A DNA stretch of 64,000 bases from Amoebophrya sp. A120 (taxonomy: Eukaryota > Protista > Dinoflagellata), in the NCBI GenBank assembly GCA_905178155.1, contig CAJINV010000025.1, positions 11,445 to 75,444 of the forward strand. Reading direction: 5' to 3'. The position numbers and the translations under genes are program-made. This document shows, piece by piece, positions 49,301 through 61,080 of this stretch (the stretch's first letter is position 1; each line of letters starts with the position of its first letter). The notes under the pieces were generated by a model. The model searched no databases, had not been told where the DNA came from, and saw nothing but the letters and a program-made list of their open reading frames with translations.

Positions 49301-50178
49301 CTTACTCCAGTGCGGATGAGGAAGAAGAGGAGTCAACTTCTTGTGTGGATGATCATGGAGATGACGGCGAGGGAGGTGACGATGATGTTCGTACAAAGAA
49401 AATAAACAGCAGCGACTGTAGCGACGCTAGCAGGGTGGATAAGAAACAAGTGGAAGAAGTCACTAACGACCAACAGGACGACAGCACTACTAGCACCACC
49501 ACCCACAAGGAGCAGAGCGCTGGTGAACAAGACACGGTTGTATCATCGTCAGCTAATGAACGGACGAAGAAGAAGCTCCGAAGAAAGCCCGACTTTTATC
49601 CGAGCCGCGGGCCCCGGGACGAAAAAGTGGACGCCTGGGACTACGGCGAGCCGCCAACGATTTGGAGGTTTCTGACGATGGCGCTGGGGGTACAGGTGCT
49701 GTACGAGCGCGTATGGGAGGCCTGGGAGGCGGCATTTCCATTTATTCGGGACGACGACGCCGGCGTTCTTGTTTTCGGGAAGATTTCGTCCGCGGGAAAG
49801 AAAACGCAGCAAAATAAGACGAAGCGCAGCAGGCGTAAAAAGAACGCCTGCACTTCTAAAGTGGAAACTGCGCCGGTTGCTGGGGCCCCCGCGCCAGATT
49901 CTTCTGAACGTCGTCGAGATGCAGGCCAAACAGCCCTGCCGGAGGCCAACAACTACAGTAATTCTGCAGCGACGGACAGCCAAAGCAGCTCCAGCCCGGC
50001 CGAGGACATCAGCTGCACCATGGAGCAAAGGAATGACAATGATCGAAGCGGAACGGGTGAAAACGAACTGGATCCGTTTTTGGAAAACACCAACGCTGTT
50101 TTGTACAGGATTGCGACGGACCTGGACATAGATTTGAGCTTCGAACTAAACCTTGATAGGTACTACTGCAACTGCTAA
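43377..50178 (+). CDS. Large protein with an N-terminal HicA/YcfA-like domain, 8 introners
   Basis: MLAYTSVEKILTRLGYSHTRTRGSHHQFTHPHRATQPVPVHNHKVRPDVFRLILRNI; continuous frame after introner removal, ending YYCNC*. Confidence 0.75.
44584..44835. mobile_element. Family-A TIR introner
   Basis: Direct repeat GCGCA. Confidence 0.9.
45077..45261. mobile_element. Short family-A TIR introner
   Basis: Direct repeat CCAAG. Confidence 0.85.
45505..45768. mobile_element. Family-A TIR introner
   Basis: Direct repeat GCTGC. Confidence 0.9.
45890..46039. mobile_element. Family-B TIR introner
   Basis: Flanks TGGTC/TGCTC. Confidence 0.85.
47531..47912. mobile_element. Family-C introner with replaced or inserted interior
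   Basis: Flanks GGAGT/GAAGT; C-type ends with an unrelated middle; frame restored. Confidence 0.75.
48353..48613. mobile_element. Family-A TIR introner
   Basis: Flanks ATCCA/TTCCG; frame restored. Confidence 0.85.
48668..48931. mobile_element. Family-A TIR introner
   Basis: Direct repeat CTCAC. Confidence 0.9.
48984..49262. mobile_element. Family-C TIR introner
   Basis: Direct repeat AAGGA. Confidence 0.9.
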
Positions 50179-51212
50179 AAATCTTATATCCGGTGGCGCC
50201 GGCGTCGCAATTCCACTTCTAACATATTACAGATTTATTCGTGAAATATATGACGAGCGCCGGGACTGATTTTTTTTCCTGAGTGAATACTTCCGTTCGA
50301 CAAGGACAATCGATCAATACAACATTCATGATTTATATCGAAGGAATTATATTCTTTTCCAGTTCCACCGTCACGAAATGCATACTCGATGTGAATTGCA
50401 AAGAAAAGTTATGTGCCACCTGTAGAAGTGCCTCTAATAGTCATTGTCAAGTAGGACGACTACAGGCACTGCTACGGACGACGCTCCTGGTGGCCGGCGG
50501 ACAAAGTTGCCTTTTTGGATTAGAAACTTGATTGTTCTCATCTCGCGACAATTTCATCTCGGGAAGTGCTTGCGTTTGTGCTTTCGCCCAGTGGTCGCAG
50601 TCGACAAAAATTTTGAGAAATAATTCAAATTGCACCGCCAACATCTTGAAAGCACCTCGGCCACGAATGCTCTGACCAAAGCATGTTGAGAGGACCAGAC
50701 GAAAACCGTCTATGAATCCAAAGCGCTTGTGCTGTGTCGTCCGCCTGCATCATTCAAGAAGATGTGACAACAGTGTGTGGCCTTGAACTGCAGCGCCGTC
50801 CTTCTCGTAGAGTGAGGTGGTTTTTCGGTCGTCGAGGAAGTAATTACTCAAGAATGGCCCGATACTGACTTGGAAGAACCCGGTTTTTAAGCGCGGCTGC
50901 GGTTTTGTTTGCTTGCTCGAAAACGAAGAGGGGGAGCGCCGCATGATGGAAGCCGAGACCCCTGCGCTCCTCGTCAGTTTCCTTTTAATGCGATCGTTCG
51001 CTTTATTACGCCGACGCCGAGAGTGAACCAGGGGTTGCAAGAACACGCTAAGATAAAGATTTATTCCAGAGGGCACGAGGATTTCCTGCCGCGGTCCATT
51101 CCTGCTCGTGGGGGTGCTTACAACATCTAGTCGAGTGTAGTGGCAGTTCCAGTTGACCCCACCAAGTACTATGGGCCAGCGGCTTTCCCAAGACTGCGGC
51201 GCGTGCTGGGAC

Positions 51213-51747
51213 CCGGAGGGGGCTGCGGACGCGATCAGAAGGAAAAAGCAGCAACGGAAAATGATCGAGCAGTATTGCAATCATGCATTACAAATTTTTT
51301 TCTTAAGGTAAATCTGCATTACAAATTTTATTTCATCTCATGCTGAACCTCCGGGAGGGGGCGGCGGACGCTATCAGAAGGAAAAAGCAGCAACGGAAAA
51401 TGATCGAGCAGTATTGCAATCATGCATTACAATTTTTTTTCTTAAGGTAAATCTGCATTACAAATTTTATTTCATCTCATGCTGAACCTCCGGGAGGGGG
51501 CGGCGGACGCTATCAGAAGGAAAAAGCAGCAACGGAAAATGATCGAGCAGTATTGCAATCATGCATTACAAATTTTTTTCTTAAGGTAAATCTGCATTAC
51601 AAATTTTATTTCATCTCATGCTGAACCTCCGGGAGGGGGCGGCGGACGCTATCAGAAGGAAAAAGCAGCAACGGAAAATGATCGAGCAGTATTGCAATCA
51701 TGCATTACAAATTTTTTTCTTAAGGTAAATCTGCATTACAAATTTTA
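51213..51747. repeat. 139-bp tandem repeat, about 4 units, continuing at about 52967-53125
   Basis: Unit starts at 51351, 51490 and 51629; contains family-B interior sequence. Confidence 0.9.
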
Positions 51748-52966
51748 CCAGCCACCCCCCGGCGGAGGCCGCCGGGGAGGGAGGCTGTTCGGGGGAGGTG
51801 TTCCAACGGGGAAGGCGATGCCAAGGGTGGCGCGCCGCTGCACAACCAAAAAAAGCAGGCGGGGCCGCGGGCACACAAAGCGCAGGCGGGGTCTGACGGG
51901 GTTGGCCCAGAAAGCGCAGCGCACACACGCAGGCAGCGATACCTCCGCGGCCTGCGTTCTTTGTTGGCGAAAAAAGCAGCGCCCGGGGCCGGGGGTTGTT
52001 GGCCTTTCTTGGAAGGGGAGTTGGTTGCAGGGGTGCACCCTGAACAGGGGGAGTGCCGCTTCTACAAAGTGGCGAGCTGGAATCCTGTTAGGCAGCGAGC
52101 ACGCGGCGGGGCCTGCATGTGCTTGCGAAGGCTAATGCGCTATGCTTGCGCCGAGAGACAACGGGCAGAGAAAAGCTGTCGCTACTTTAGTCGCAACCAC
52201 TTTCGCGCCGCTACAAAGACGCAACACCTGCTGCCCGCGCGCGGGCACTGTGTGAAGTTGCGGCCACCCTAGGTGGCCGCCTACGTTAAGGCGTGGCGCC
52301 GCGCCCCCCCCGGGGGACGCAGAGCGGCGCATGCACTTTGAACAGCCGCCCTGGTCTGCCCTGGAGTCAAAAAAGAAAAACTTGCAGGGGAGGCCTGAAC
52401 TTTTAGGCCCTAGCTTTGTTTATTCTTACTCTAGGACACAGGCACTGCGCGCAGACGGGCGAGCTTCACTGTGCGGGCGGTTCTGGTAGAGGGTCCGGGA
52501 GAGGGTCCCGGAGAGGGTCCGGGAGAGGTTCGGAGAGGGTCCGGGAAAAGTTCGGAGAGGGTCGCGAAGAGGGTCCGGGAGAGGGTCCAAGAGGTCCCGA
52601 GAGGGTCCGCCGAGAGGTAAAAAAGAGGTTCCCGGAGAGGGTCGACATAGAGGGTCGCTTAGAGGGTCGCCCTATACTGTGGAACCTCTCTGACCCTCTC
52701 GACCCTCTCCCCCTACCCTCTAATTGACCTCTACTCAACCTCTACGCACCCTCTTCGGGCGTATAGCGCCGCTATACGGTCCCCTATACTGCGCACCCTC
52801 TCCCGACCCTCTCCGTACCCTCTCACTTTACCTCTCCCCGACCCTCTTGTTTTGGTCGACCCTCTACTTTACCTCTCCGACCCTCTGTCTAACCTCTACG
52901 AAACCTCTCCCCAACCTCTATCGGACCCTCTCCGGCCCCAAAGTTTGCCTTATATAAATATATTAA
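51748..52966. mobile_element. Unclassified GC-rich insertion splitting the 139-bp array
   Basis: Interrupts caaatttta|tttcatctc; AGAGGGTCC repeats mirrored by GACCCTCT repeats; ends in TATATAAATATATTA. Confidence 0.6.
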
Positions 52967-53239
52967 TTTCATCTCATGCTGAACCCGGAGGAAAAAGCAG
53001 CAACGGAAAATGATCGAGCAGTATTGCAATCATGCATTACAAATTTTTTTCTGAAAGTAAATCTGCATTACAAATTTTATTTCATCTCATGCTGAACCTC
53101 CGGGAGGAAAAAGCAGCAACGGAACCGGAGGAACAAAGCGCCAACTCGGAAGAATCGAACATCATGTTGGGTTGCTGTTGGTGCATGACAGCTAGAAATG
53201 TTACATTGATTTTTCGCATGACAAAAATCATCTGATTCA

Positions 53240-53506
53240 AAATGGACACGACACATCAGGTACCTAGCCCTTTTCTCGGACTTGGAAAATGGCATCAATG
53301 CCAAGGACGCAAACTACTGCGCCGACGTGTGCAGGCAGATACGACAGCTGGACGAGAGTTTTCTCTCCAAGTCAGAAACTTTTCAAACGACCCTGATGCA
53401 GCGTGAACAGTGGAAGGAGGAGGCGCTGCCGAGAAGAGGGAGGGTCATAGAGCAACTTGGCAACGTGGGATTTACCGGCGGTGACTTTCAGTTGACAATT
53501 TTCTAA
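53240..53506 (+). pseudogene. Possible 3' exon of a disrupted hypothetical gene
   Basis: Protein-like frame HIRYLALFSDLENGINAKDANYC...GDFQLTIF*; upstream part broken by the repeat array and insertion. Confidence 0.3.
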
Positions 53507-53987
53507 AAAGACGAAACTATACACTACTGTGTTGGTCGTGCAAGACACTTGAGAAGTGTGAGTGGCTTAACATTCTGCAGCTGCAAAGCGATACTGCTTT
53601 CCCCCACTGATCCACGTCACACGAACTCCGGTTCCTTTGGCAACATTGTCGGAAGAAGTGTTCAGAAGCAGGTTACTTAAAGAATTTTTCAGCGAGCGCT
53701 GGCACTAAAAAGCGAACTAAGTAGTCACAGTGTGAGAAGTGAGAACAAACCGCTTTCTTTTATCTATTACGAAAGCGCGAGTCAACTTCCAGAGAAATAA
53801 GGCCTCGTACAACTTCTTGCACAGACAAATGTCGGCCGTGAGTCGGAAAATTGTACGCCAGAAAAATACTCTTGAGCGGTGGATTTCGTGCCGCCATTGG
53901 TGCCTTTTGGCATCCGCGGACAGCCGGCGCTTTCTTATTTCTAGTCAGACCTGCACTGAATAGGAACTAAAAAAACTTTGTTCCACA

Positions 53988-55889
53988 ATGTCCAACTCGG
54001 GCCCCACTCCGTCCTCCCCGTCCTCCGCCCCCCTCGGGCCCGCAGTAGCACCGGCGGATGCTGCGGCGCAGCAATACAGTGGCGAAGACGCTGACGGGAG
54101 TACGGGAACAATCATGGCGGGGGCAGCCGGATCTGGCGCGACCATTCCCCTTCCCGATCCAAGTCTCAAGTCCTACAACTGGAACGCCTTCCGCTATATC
54201 GCCGACTACCTCCACCTGGTTGGCATCATGCTCTTGCTGTTTTCCCTCGCGAGGAAAAAGAACTGCCGGGGGCTGTCGCTGAAAACCCAGATTCTGTACT
54301 TCACGATCTTCTGCACAAGGTATCTCGACTTACTCGAGCGGGCACAGACCATGTATCTGGTCGTCTTCAAACTCACTTTTCTGGCGACTTCGTTCATTAT
54401 CTTGCTGGCTTTCTTGCTATTCATCAAAATGGATCCGCTGCGTGCGTACGAGTCGGAAAAGGACACCGCGAGCATGACGGCGATTCTGGTATTTTTAAAG
54501 TTGATCCGTGCAGCTGCTGCGGCTGCATGAGAAAAGAGTTTTGTCATGCCTGATTTGCTATATAGCAGTCAATCGAGGATATGGATATGAGCAAAGAAAA
54601 GGATAAAAATCGCACTTTACAACTTCAGGTTCCCTGCTTTATCGGCGCTTGCGTGCTGACGAAATACAAGTCTTTTCTGGAAATCGCATGGACCTTCTCA
54701 GAGTACCTGGAAGGCTTCGCTATGGTTCCCCAGTACATTTTCTGCTACCGGGAAAGCGCCGCAACGATCGCGCGGGAACAGCTGGTGCTGTACTACATCA
54801 TCTGCTTGGGCCTGTATCGGGTGTTTTACGCGTTTAACTGGATGTACAAGCTCGCCGTGGACCCGGATTACAGGTACTTATATAAAGGAGAAGCGTTTAT
54901 TTTCTGTTGATGTATTCGTTCGTGCCGATGCATGACAAACAACCACTTTCATGCGCACTTGTGCAACACAAATTGCCCACCAAGTACTTACTGCAACAGG
55001 GACCCCCAATCCTGGCTTGGCGGGTTGATCGAGATCGTTTTCTTCGCGGATTTATCTTGTGCAAAAGTATCGTATTCGTATAAATGCAAGTCTTGCATTA
55101 CAAATGTTCTTCTGAAGGCAAATCCGCATTACAGATTTCATTTCTCATGCTGAGGAAATTTGTAATGCATTTATACGAGTACGATACTTTTGCAATGCAT
55201 AGGATTTCCTCTGTTGTATCCCCTGCACAATGAGTTTACAGCATCGTACTCGTACATGAAATTGCGTTTATGTATTACAAATGGTTAATCGTAAGGTAAA
55301 TCCGCATGACAAATTCCACTTGTCATGTTTTGAAAGTTCTTGTAATGCAAGTTTACTACTAGTATGATATTAGTTTTGCAATGCATACGTTACCAGCTGG
55401 GCCACTTTTCCTTTCTCCGGTCCGCAGTGTTGACGGTGGACGACGGCTATCAACTGCAAAAATGTCTGGGTCTGGAAAAGTGTGATGCTGTTTGTGCATG
55501 ACACAGAGGGTGGTCTAGCATGCAAGTCCTAGCAACACAGGTTTCGAGCAGGTTAGGCGATGCCGAATCCGCATGACAAGTTCCCTCTTTTGGTGGGAAG
55601 AAGTGAGCAACTTTTGCGGTCCATGCATGACAGATTTTTTTCTGGTCTCAAATACGCATCAGAAGTTTACATGTTTCCAGACCCAGACACTTTTGCATTT
55701 GATAACGGCGTGAATGTGCTGGTAGAGAAAGTCATCAAGAAGGACATAGCGTCTGTCACCAGCGGCTCACAAACCGGCACGGAGCTGCGGCAGAGACGGG
55801 GCGGCATCGGCATGAAATCTGAGTACGAAATGGTCGGCTCGGCGGATCCGACTGGGGGAGCGGTGGGAGCGGAGGAGGATCGGGTTTAA
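53988..55889 (+). CDS. ERD2: ER lumen protein-retaining (KDEL/HDEL) receptor family protein
   Basis: NAFRYIADYLHL, CRGLSLKTQILY..FCTRYLDL, WTFSEYLEGFAMVPQ, LGLYRVFYAFNW, FFADF; two GT-AG introns and three introners. Confidence 0.9.
55053..55201. mobile_element. Family-B TIR introner
   Basis: Direct repeat GGATT. Confidence 0.9.
55217..55387. mobile_element. Family-B TIR introner, diverged
   Basis: Flanks TGTTG/CGTTA; frame restored. Confidence 0.75.
55448..55704. mobile_element. Family-A TIR introner
   Basis: Direct repeat ACGGC. Confidence 0.9.
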
Positions 55890-56765
55890 CAAGCGCTGAG
55901 CGATTCTCTCAATCGCGATGAATCTGGTGCGTGGACGCAGAACTTCACTTGCGAGAACCAGAACCACATGAGTCACCTCTGGACAACAGCGCAAATAAGG
56001 TGTATAGAACACAGGTGGACGAAAACCGGTCGGAGAGACCTCAAATGTACAGTTAACAAAACTCAAATTTTTGCAAGAACTAGCGGTCGTTGCAAGTTGA
56101 TACTGAGCGAATTACGAACTGCGAGAATTTGACGCAAAAAAAAATCATCCCCGAGCACGAGCGAGCTAAAAGTAAAACTACTCAAACGTATTCTCTAATG
56201 GCCGTTCTTCGACAGGAGGAACGTGTTCATCTTCATCCAAAAACCAGGCTCTTCTGTCAACATTCTCATCTTCGTGAAACAACTTGTGGAAAATGATGTG
56301 TGCAAAGATCATTTCACGGACTCTCTCCTGGGGGCAGTAAGTACCTACCATCATAAGATGTTGATCCACTAGACAACTACTGTTCCAAGCGCTCAACAAC
56401 AAGCAAGTAGCTACAACTTTTCGGATCAAACACAAGGTCGCTTTTATTTCCGTGCGGTTGCGGTTGGGAAGCAGGAGCCGGATTCTCCTCACGCATTCTG
56501 TGGACATCTTGTGGAACTACACTCAGGCCAATGGCACGAGGATCTTTACATTTTTAGGATTCAATTTCTCTACATTCATGATATTGCGGACACCACATAC
56601 TCCCACGGGTTTTCGATTTCCGTAGGAAGCCCAGCTCCTCATATTGATGTTTCGCTCTAGTTATTAGAGTTTTCCAGTACTAACTTACGACATGATAAGA
56701 TACAGAAAACGAAACATGGACATCACACCCTGAATGTCGTTTCTACGATGGTGATACAGCACCTT

Positions 56766-57027
56766 TATCAAATGTAAAAATGTCTGGGTCTGGAAGAATG
56801 CAACTTGTGATGCTGCATTTGGATTCCAAAAAAATCTGTAATGCATGAGTACCAAAAGGAATGTAATTTTTGCTACGCGGAGAGGGCATTTGTCATGCGG
56901 AATAGGCATCAAGAAGCTCTCCAAAAGTCTGTGATGCTAGGGCATGCATCACAGACATCAGGGCTCATGCAAAACGTGCATGACAAGTGTCAGAATCTTC
57001 CAGACCCAGACATTTTTACATTTTACG
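56766..57027. mobile_element. Family-A element with damaged right end
   Basis: Intact left TIR; right end ...ACATTTTACG; no matching flank. Confidence 0.8.
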
Positions 57028-57579
57028 CTGCGGTAGCGCGTTCAAAATGAAGCGTGACAACTGCCGCTGGGCTTTTTGAACCGCTTCTGGTGTCGTGGCT
57101 ACAAATTGTAGCGGAGCTGCAAGGACTTCCACGTTTTCAAACAAAAAAACCACGGTTTCCGCTCCCGCGCGCACGAACGTGGAAAGGACAGAATTTCGAA
57201 ACCGATCTCGCCGAGCTTGGAGTTATTTCCGGAGGAAGTTCGGATTATTTCCAAGAAAACCACAACTCAAGGCACCGAGAAGACATTCTCCGTGCTTCGT
57301 AGATCGGAAAGTAAGTAAGAAGTAGGTGAGGAACAATCCCAAGAACTCCGTTGCCAAAACTCTTCGACCAGCGGCGACGCCTTCCATCCCCTGTCAGGCG
57401 CAGAGCTGCCACTAATTTCACCTCGTCACAGCGCGCAACCATCCCCGCGACGCTCGCTCTACTCGTATTAGTAGACGACAAAAGCGAACTACAAGACGAG
57501 TGTCGAGCCCCAATCGGATTTCTTTCCCACCGACAGCCAGGCGCTGCGAAGCTTTTGAAATAGGCAGAATCCACCTCGC

Positions 57580-57735
57580 TATTGGACGTAGCGTCTGCAC
57601 CAGCATTGCCGGCCGCCCACAGGAGATTGGACGTAGCGTCACCACCAGTTCAAGTATTACCGGCCGCGCGCAGAATCCTCGTGGTTGTTATTGGACGTAG
57701 GGTCACCACCAGTACTTTTACCGGCCGCCCACAGA
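57580..57735. repeat. Short imperfect tandem repeat
   Basis: attggacgtagcgtc...ccggccgcccacag, about 3 copies. Confidence 0.7.
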
Positions 57736-57911
57736 TGAAGAAGATTTTTTGAATTTCATCAAAACTAAAAAACGACAAGTAAGTGACAGTGTAGTAAGAA
57801 CCGCCCCCGGTAGTTGCTGCAGCTGGCACAACTGAAGATTCATCCCAAGGAAGAGGTGCTGACCACCGCTTCTTTTCACGACGACGTGGGACGAAAGCGA
57901 ATCAAGCACAG

Positions 57912-58173
57912 TATCAAGTGTAAAAATGTCTGGGTCTGGAAGAATGCGCGACTTGTCATGCAGATTTTCCATGACCCATGAGGTCTGGAATGCAGGACCT
58001 AGCATGACAGATTCTGCGCGACCTCTCTCATGCCTATCCTGCATGAGAAACTCCCTCCCGACTTTGTCAAAACTGGACGACTTTTGGTAATCATGCAACA
58101 CAGATTTTTACATACTTCAGATTTAGCATGACAAGTTGCATTCTTCCAGACCCAGACATTTTTACATTTGATA
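57912..58173. mobile_element. Family-A element just upstream of the second ERD2 start codon
   Basis: Direct repeat CACAG. Confidence 0.9.
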
Positions 58174-58193
58174 CACAGCCGCACTTGCCCACC

Positions 58194-60609
58194 ATGAGTT
58201 CTTCCGGCGCGTCCCACCTGGGGCACCTCTCCCTATGAAATGTAAAAATGTCTGGGTCTGGAAGAATGCAAGTTTGTCATGCTTGTCTGGCATGACTCGG
58301 GAATCTGTGTTGCATAGGCACCAAAAAGCCTTCTTACCTGTCATGCAAAAACGCAGTTTGCCATGCGGAATACGTAAGACATGGCAGCCAAAAAATTTGT
58401 CATGCGTAGCTGCGTATTGCAGTGCGTCTATCATTCATTTTTAGCATTACAAGGTTCCAGTCCCAGACATTTTTACATTTGATACTCCCTGGTCGCAAAC
58501 AAGGGAGGATGGCTGGATTTGTCTGGATCCTGGAACCTCTTCCGACGAGCGGGCGATTTGCTGCACTTGGGAGGCACACTGTTTCTGTTGGTCTCGATCC
58601 TGTTCAGGAGGTCATGCGTCGGGGTCAGCTGGAAAACGCAATTTCTCTACACGGTGGTGTTTGTGACGAGGTACTTGATATTACTTGAAGTATCTATACG
58701 TTGGTAAAAATGCTGATGCGGCTGTTTCTCATGCGAAAACCTGCTTCACGCGTCATTGTCGTATTTCGGTGATGCGGAAAAATAGCGATTGAATTTTTTC
58801 GATCCTAACCAGGTACCTCGACCTGCCGGACAACATTCACACCTACTACGTCTTCCCCCAAGAGGCCGCAAAAATGGAATACTTGATCCTGTTCAAGCTC
58901 ACCTACATACTCTCCCAGTTCATCATTCTATTCCTCTTTTGGAGGTTTAACCAGTCGTCCGGGCTATGCCGTGCAAATTTGTCTGGGTCTGGAAAGTTCG
59001 AACTTGTGATGCTGGTCTCGCATGCCTGTGAAATCTGTATTGCATGATGAACAAAAGAAGTCGCAGCCTCTTTTGTCATACAAAAACGCAGTTTCTCATG
59101 CGGGCTGCGCATAAGAAAGCGTTCTGGAAAGTTGTCATGCTTGTCTGCATTCGGAAGCGTTTCGATCATTCACACTTCAGCATCACAAGTTTCCAGACAT
59201 CCGGGAATATTTGCACTGGATACGTGCAGCAGGGCTACGAGACCCACAAGGACACTTTCAACATATGGTTTGTGCTGGTATAGAATCTTTTTCTTTGGCC
59301 GCGTGCATGACAAACATGATGCTGCTTTCGCGTCACGCATGACAAAAACCAAAACCTCAGGCTCCCTACCTCATCTTCGCATGGCTCTTCGCGGGAAAAA
59401 ACACGTTTACGGAAATAATGTGGACGTACAGCGAATACATCGAAGCCTTCGTCATGGTGCCACAGTATCAAAACTTTTTTGCTTGTTGGTTTGTCATGCA
59501 GAATTTCCAATGCAGCTTGGTGACAACTACCTGAACATAGCTCCGTTTTCTGCATGAGAAGCTTGATTCGATCTCACAGGTATCAGGCATTTTTTGGTCA
59601 TTTGTCGTGCTGAATTTCCAATGCTCGGTGACAGACTACATAGATCCGCTTTCTGCATGAGAAACTTGATGTTGATTCCATCTCACACAAATATCAGGTA
59701 TATCTTCCAGTACCGAAGCGAGCAGAGGGAAACCCGATATCAAATGTAAAAATGTCTGGGTCTGGAAGAGTGTTAAACTTGTCATGCAGGTTTTTCATGA
59801 CCCATGAGGTCTGGAATGCGGGACCTAGCATGACAGAGGCTGTGAGGTCTCTGCTATGGCTATCCTGCATGAGAAACTCCCTCCCAACTTGGTCGAAAGT
59901 GGACAGCTTTTGGCCCTCATGCAACACAGATTTTCGCGTTATTCCGATTTAGCATGACAAGTTGCAATCTTTCAGACCCAGACATTTTTGCAATCCATAC
60001 CCGAAGTCGCCACACCAGTGTTTTTCTGTATCGCAAGAAAAAACTGTTTCACTGTGAACTTGTGATGCAGAAAATGGAACACAGAAGTATTTGTCTTGCT
60101 ACACCTGCAAGTCATTGGAATTTGAAGCGTGTTCTCCCTGGGAAACCTCGCATGACAGGTTTTTCGTCTCATGTGTAGCAAACTTGTGATGCAGATCCTG
60201 CAAAATTATTACAGTGAAACAGTTTTTTCTGTGCATATTCTGTGGATAATGAGCATCGGCGTGTACCGGTGTTTGTACTTTCTCAATTGGATTTGGATAT
60301 CAAATGTAAAAATGTCTGGGTCTGGATGAAGAATGCGCGATTTGTAATGCAGCTTTTCCATGACCCATGAGGTCTGGAATGCAGGACCCAGCATGACAGA
60401 TTCTGCGCGACCTTTCTCATGCCCATCCTGCATGAGAAACTGCCTCCCGACTTGGTCAAAACTCGACGGCTTTTGGTAATCATGCAACACAGATTTTTGC
60501 ATGCTGCAGATTTAGCATGACAAGTTGCATTCTTCCAGACCCAGACATTTTTACATTTGATATTGGAAGGAAGTGCACCACGACTACGTAGCCACGCACT
60601 CGCTGATAG
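58194..60609 (+). CDS. ERD2: Second ERD2/KDEL-receptor paralogue, 3' end not visible (repeat and gap follow)
   Basis: WNLFRRAGDLLHL, SCVGVSWKTQFLY..FVTRYLDL, KDTFNI, WTYSEYIEAFVMVPQY, IGVYRCLYFLNWIW. Confidence 0.85.
58234..58484. mobile_element. Family-A TIR introner
   Basis: Direct repeat CTCCC. Confidence 0.9.
58965..59222. mobile_element. Family-A TIR introner
   Basis: Flanks CGGGC/CGTGC. Confidence 0.85.
59738..59999. mobile_element. Family-A TIR introner
   Basis: Direct repeat CCCGA. Confidence 0.9.
60029..60237. mobile_element. Family-G TIR introner
   Basis: Direct repeat TTCTG. Confidence 0.9.
60298..60562. mobile_element. Family-A TIR introner
   Basis: Direct repeat TTGGA. Confidence 0.9.
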
Positions 60610-60714
60610 GTATATGATAAATTTGTGATGCTTAAACCTCCACAACCGGGATTGAAGTTCTTCGCTTTTCAGCATGAGAAATTCACAAAATCCAAATTGC
60701 TAAAGCAAGTTTAC

Positions 60715-61080
60715 AGAGTTTTGGATTCGGTACAGACCAGCATTCCAGCCTGATTCGATTCAGTACAGGGTTACTGTTTTGACTTCTTTTCTTTTAGAAA
60801 ACAGGGTATGAGCAGGGTTTTGGATTCGGTACACGCCAGCGCCCCGTCCTGATTCGATTCAGTACAGGGGTTATTGTTTTTGCTGGTTTCCTTTAGAGAA
60901 CAGGGATTGAGTAGGGTTCTTTGGGATTCGGTACACATCAGCGTACCGCCCTGATTCGATTCAGTACAGGGTTACTGTTTTTACTTCTTTTCTTTTAGAA
61001 AACAGGGTATGAGCAGGGTTTTGGATTCGGTACACGCCAGCGCCCCGTCCTGATTCGATTCAGTACAGGGGTTATTGTTT
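60715..61080. repeat. ~100-bp tandem repeat running into the gap
   Basis: ttttggattcggtaca...cctgattcgattcagtacaggg, 4 copies. Confidence 0.9.

Noticed and set aside
5276-60562. Many small ORFs sharing CKNVWVWK, FQTQTFLHLI, LPDPDIFAF or KMSGSGR, suggesting a peptide family
   Set aside because: These are translations of the family-A TIR in different frames, not genes.
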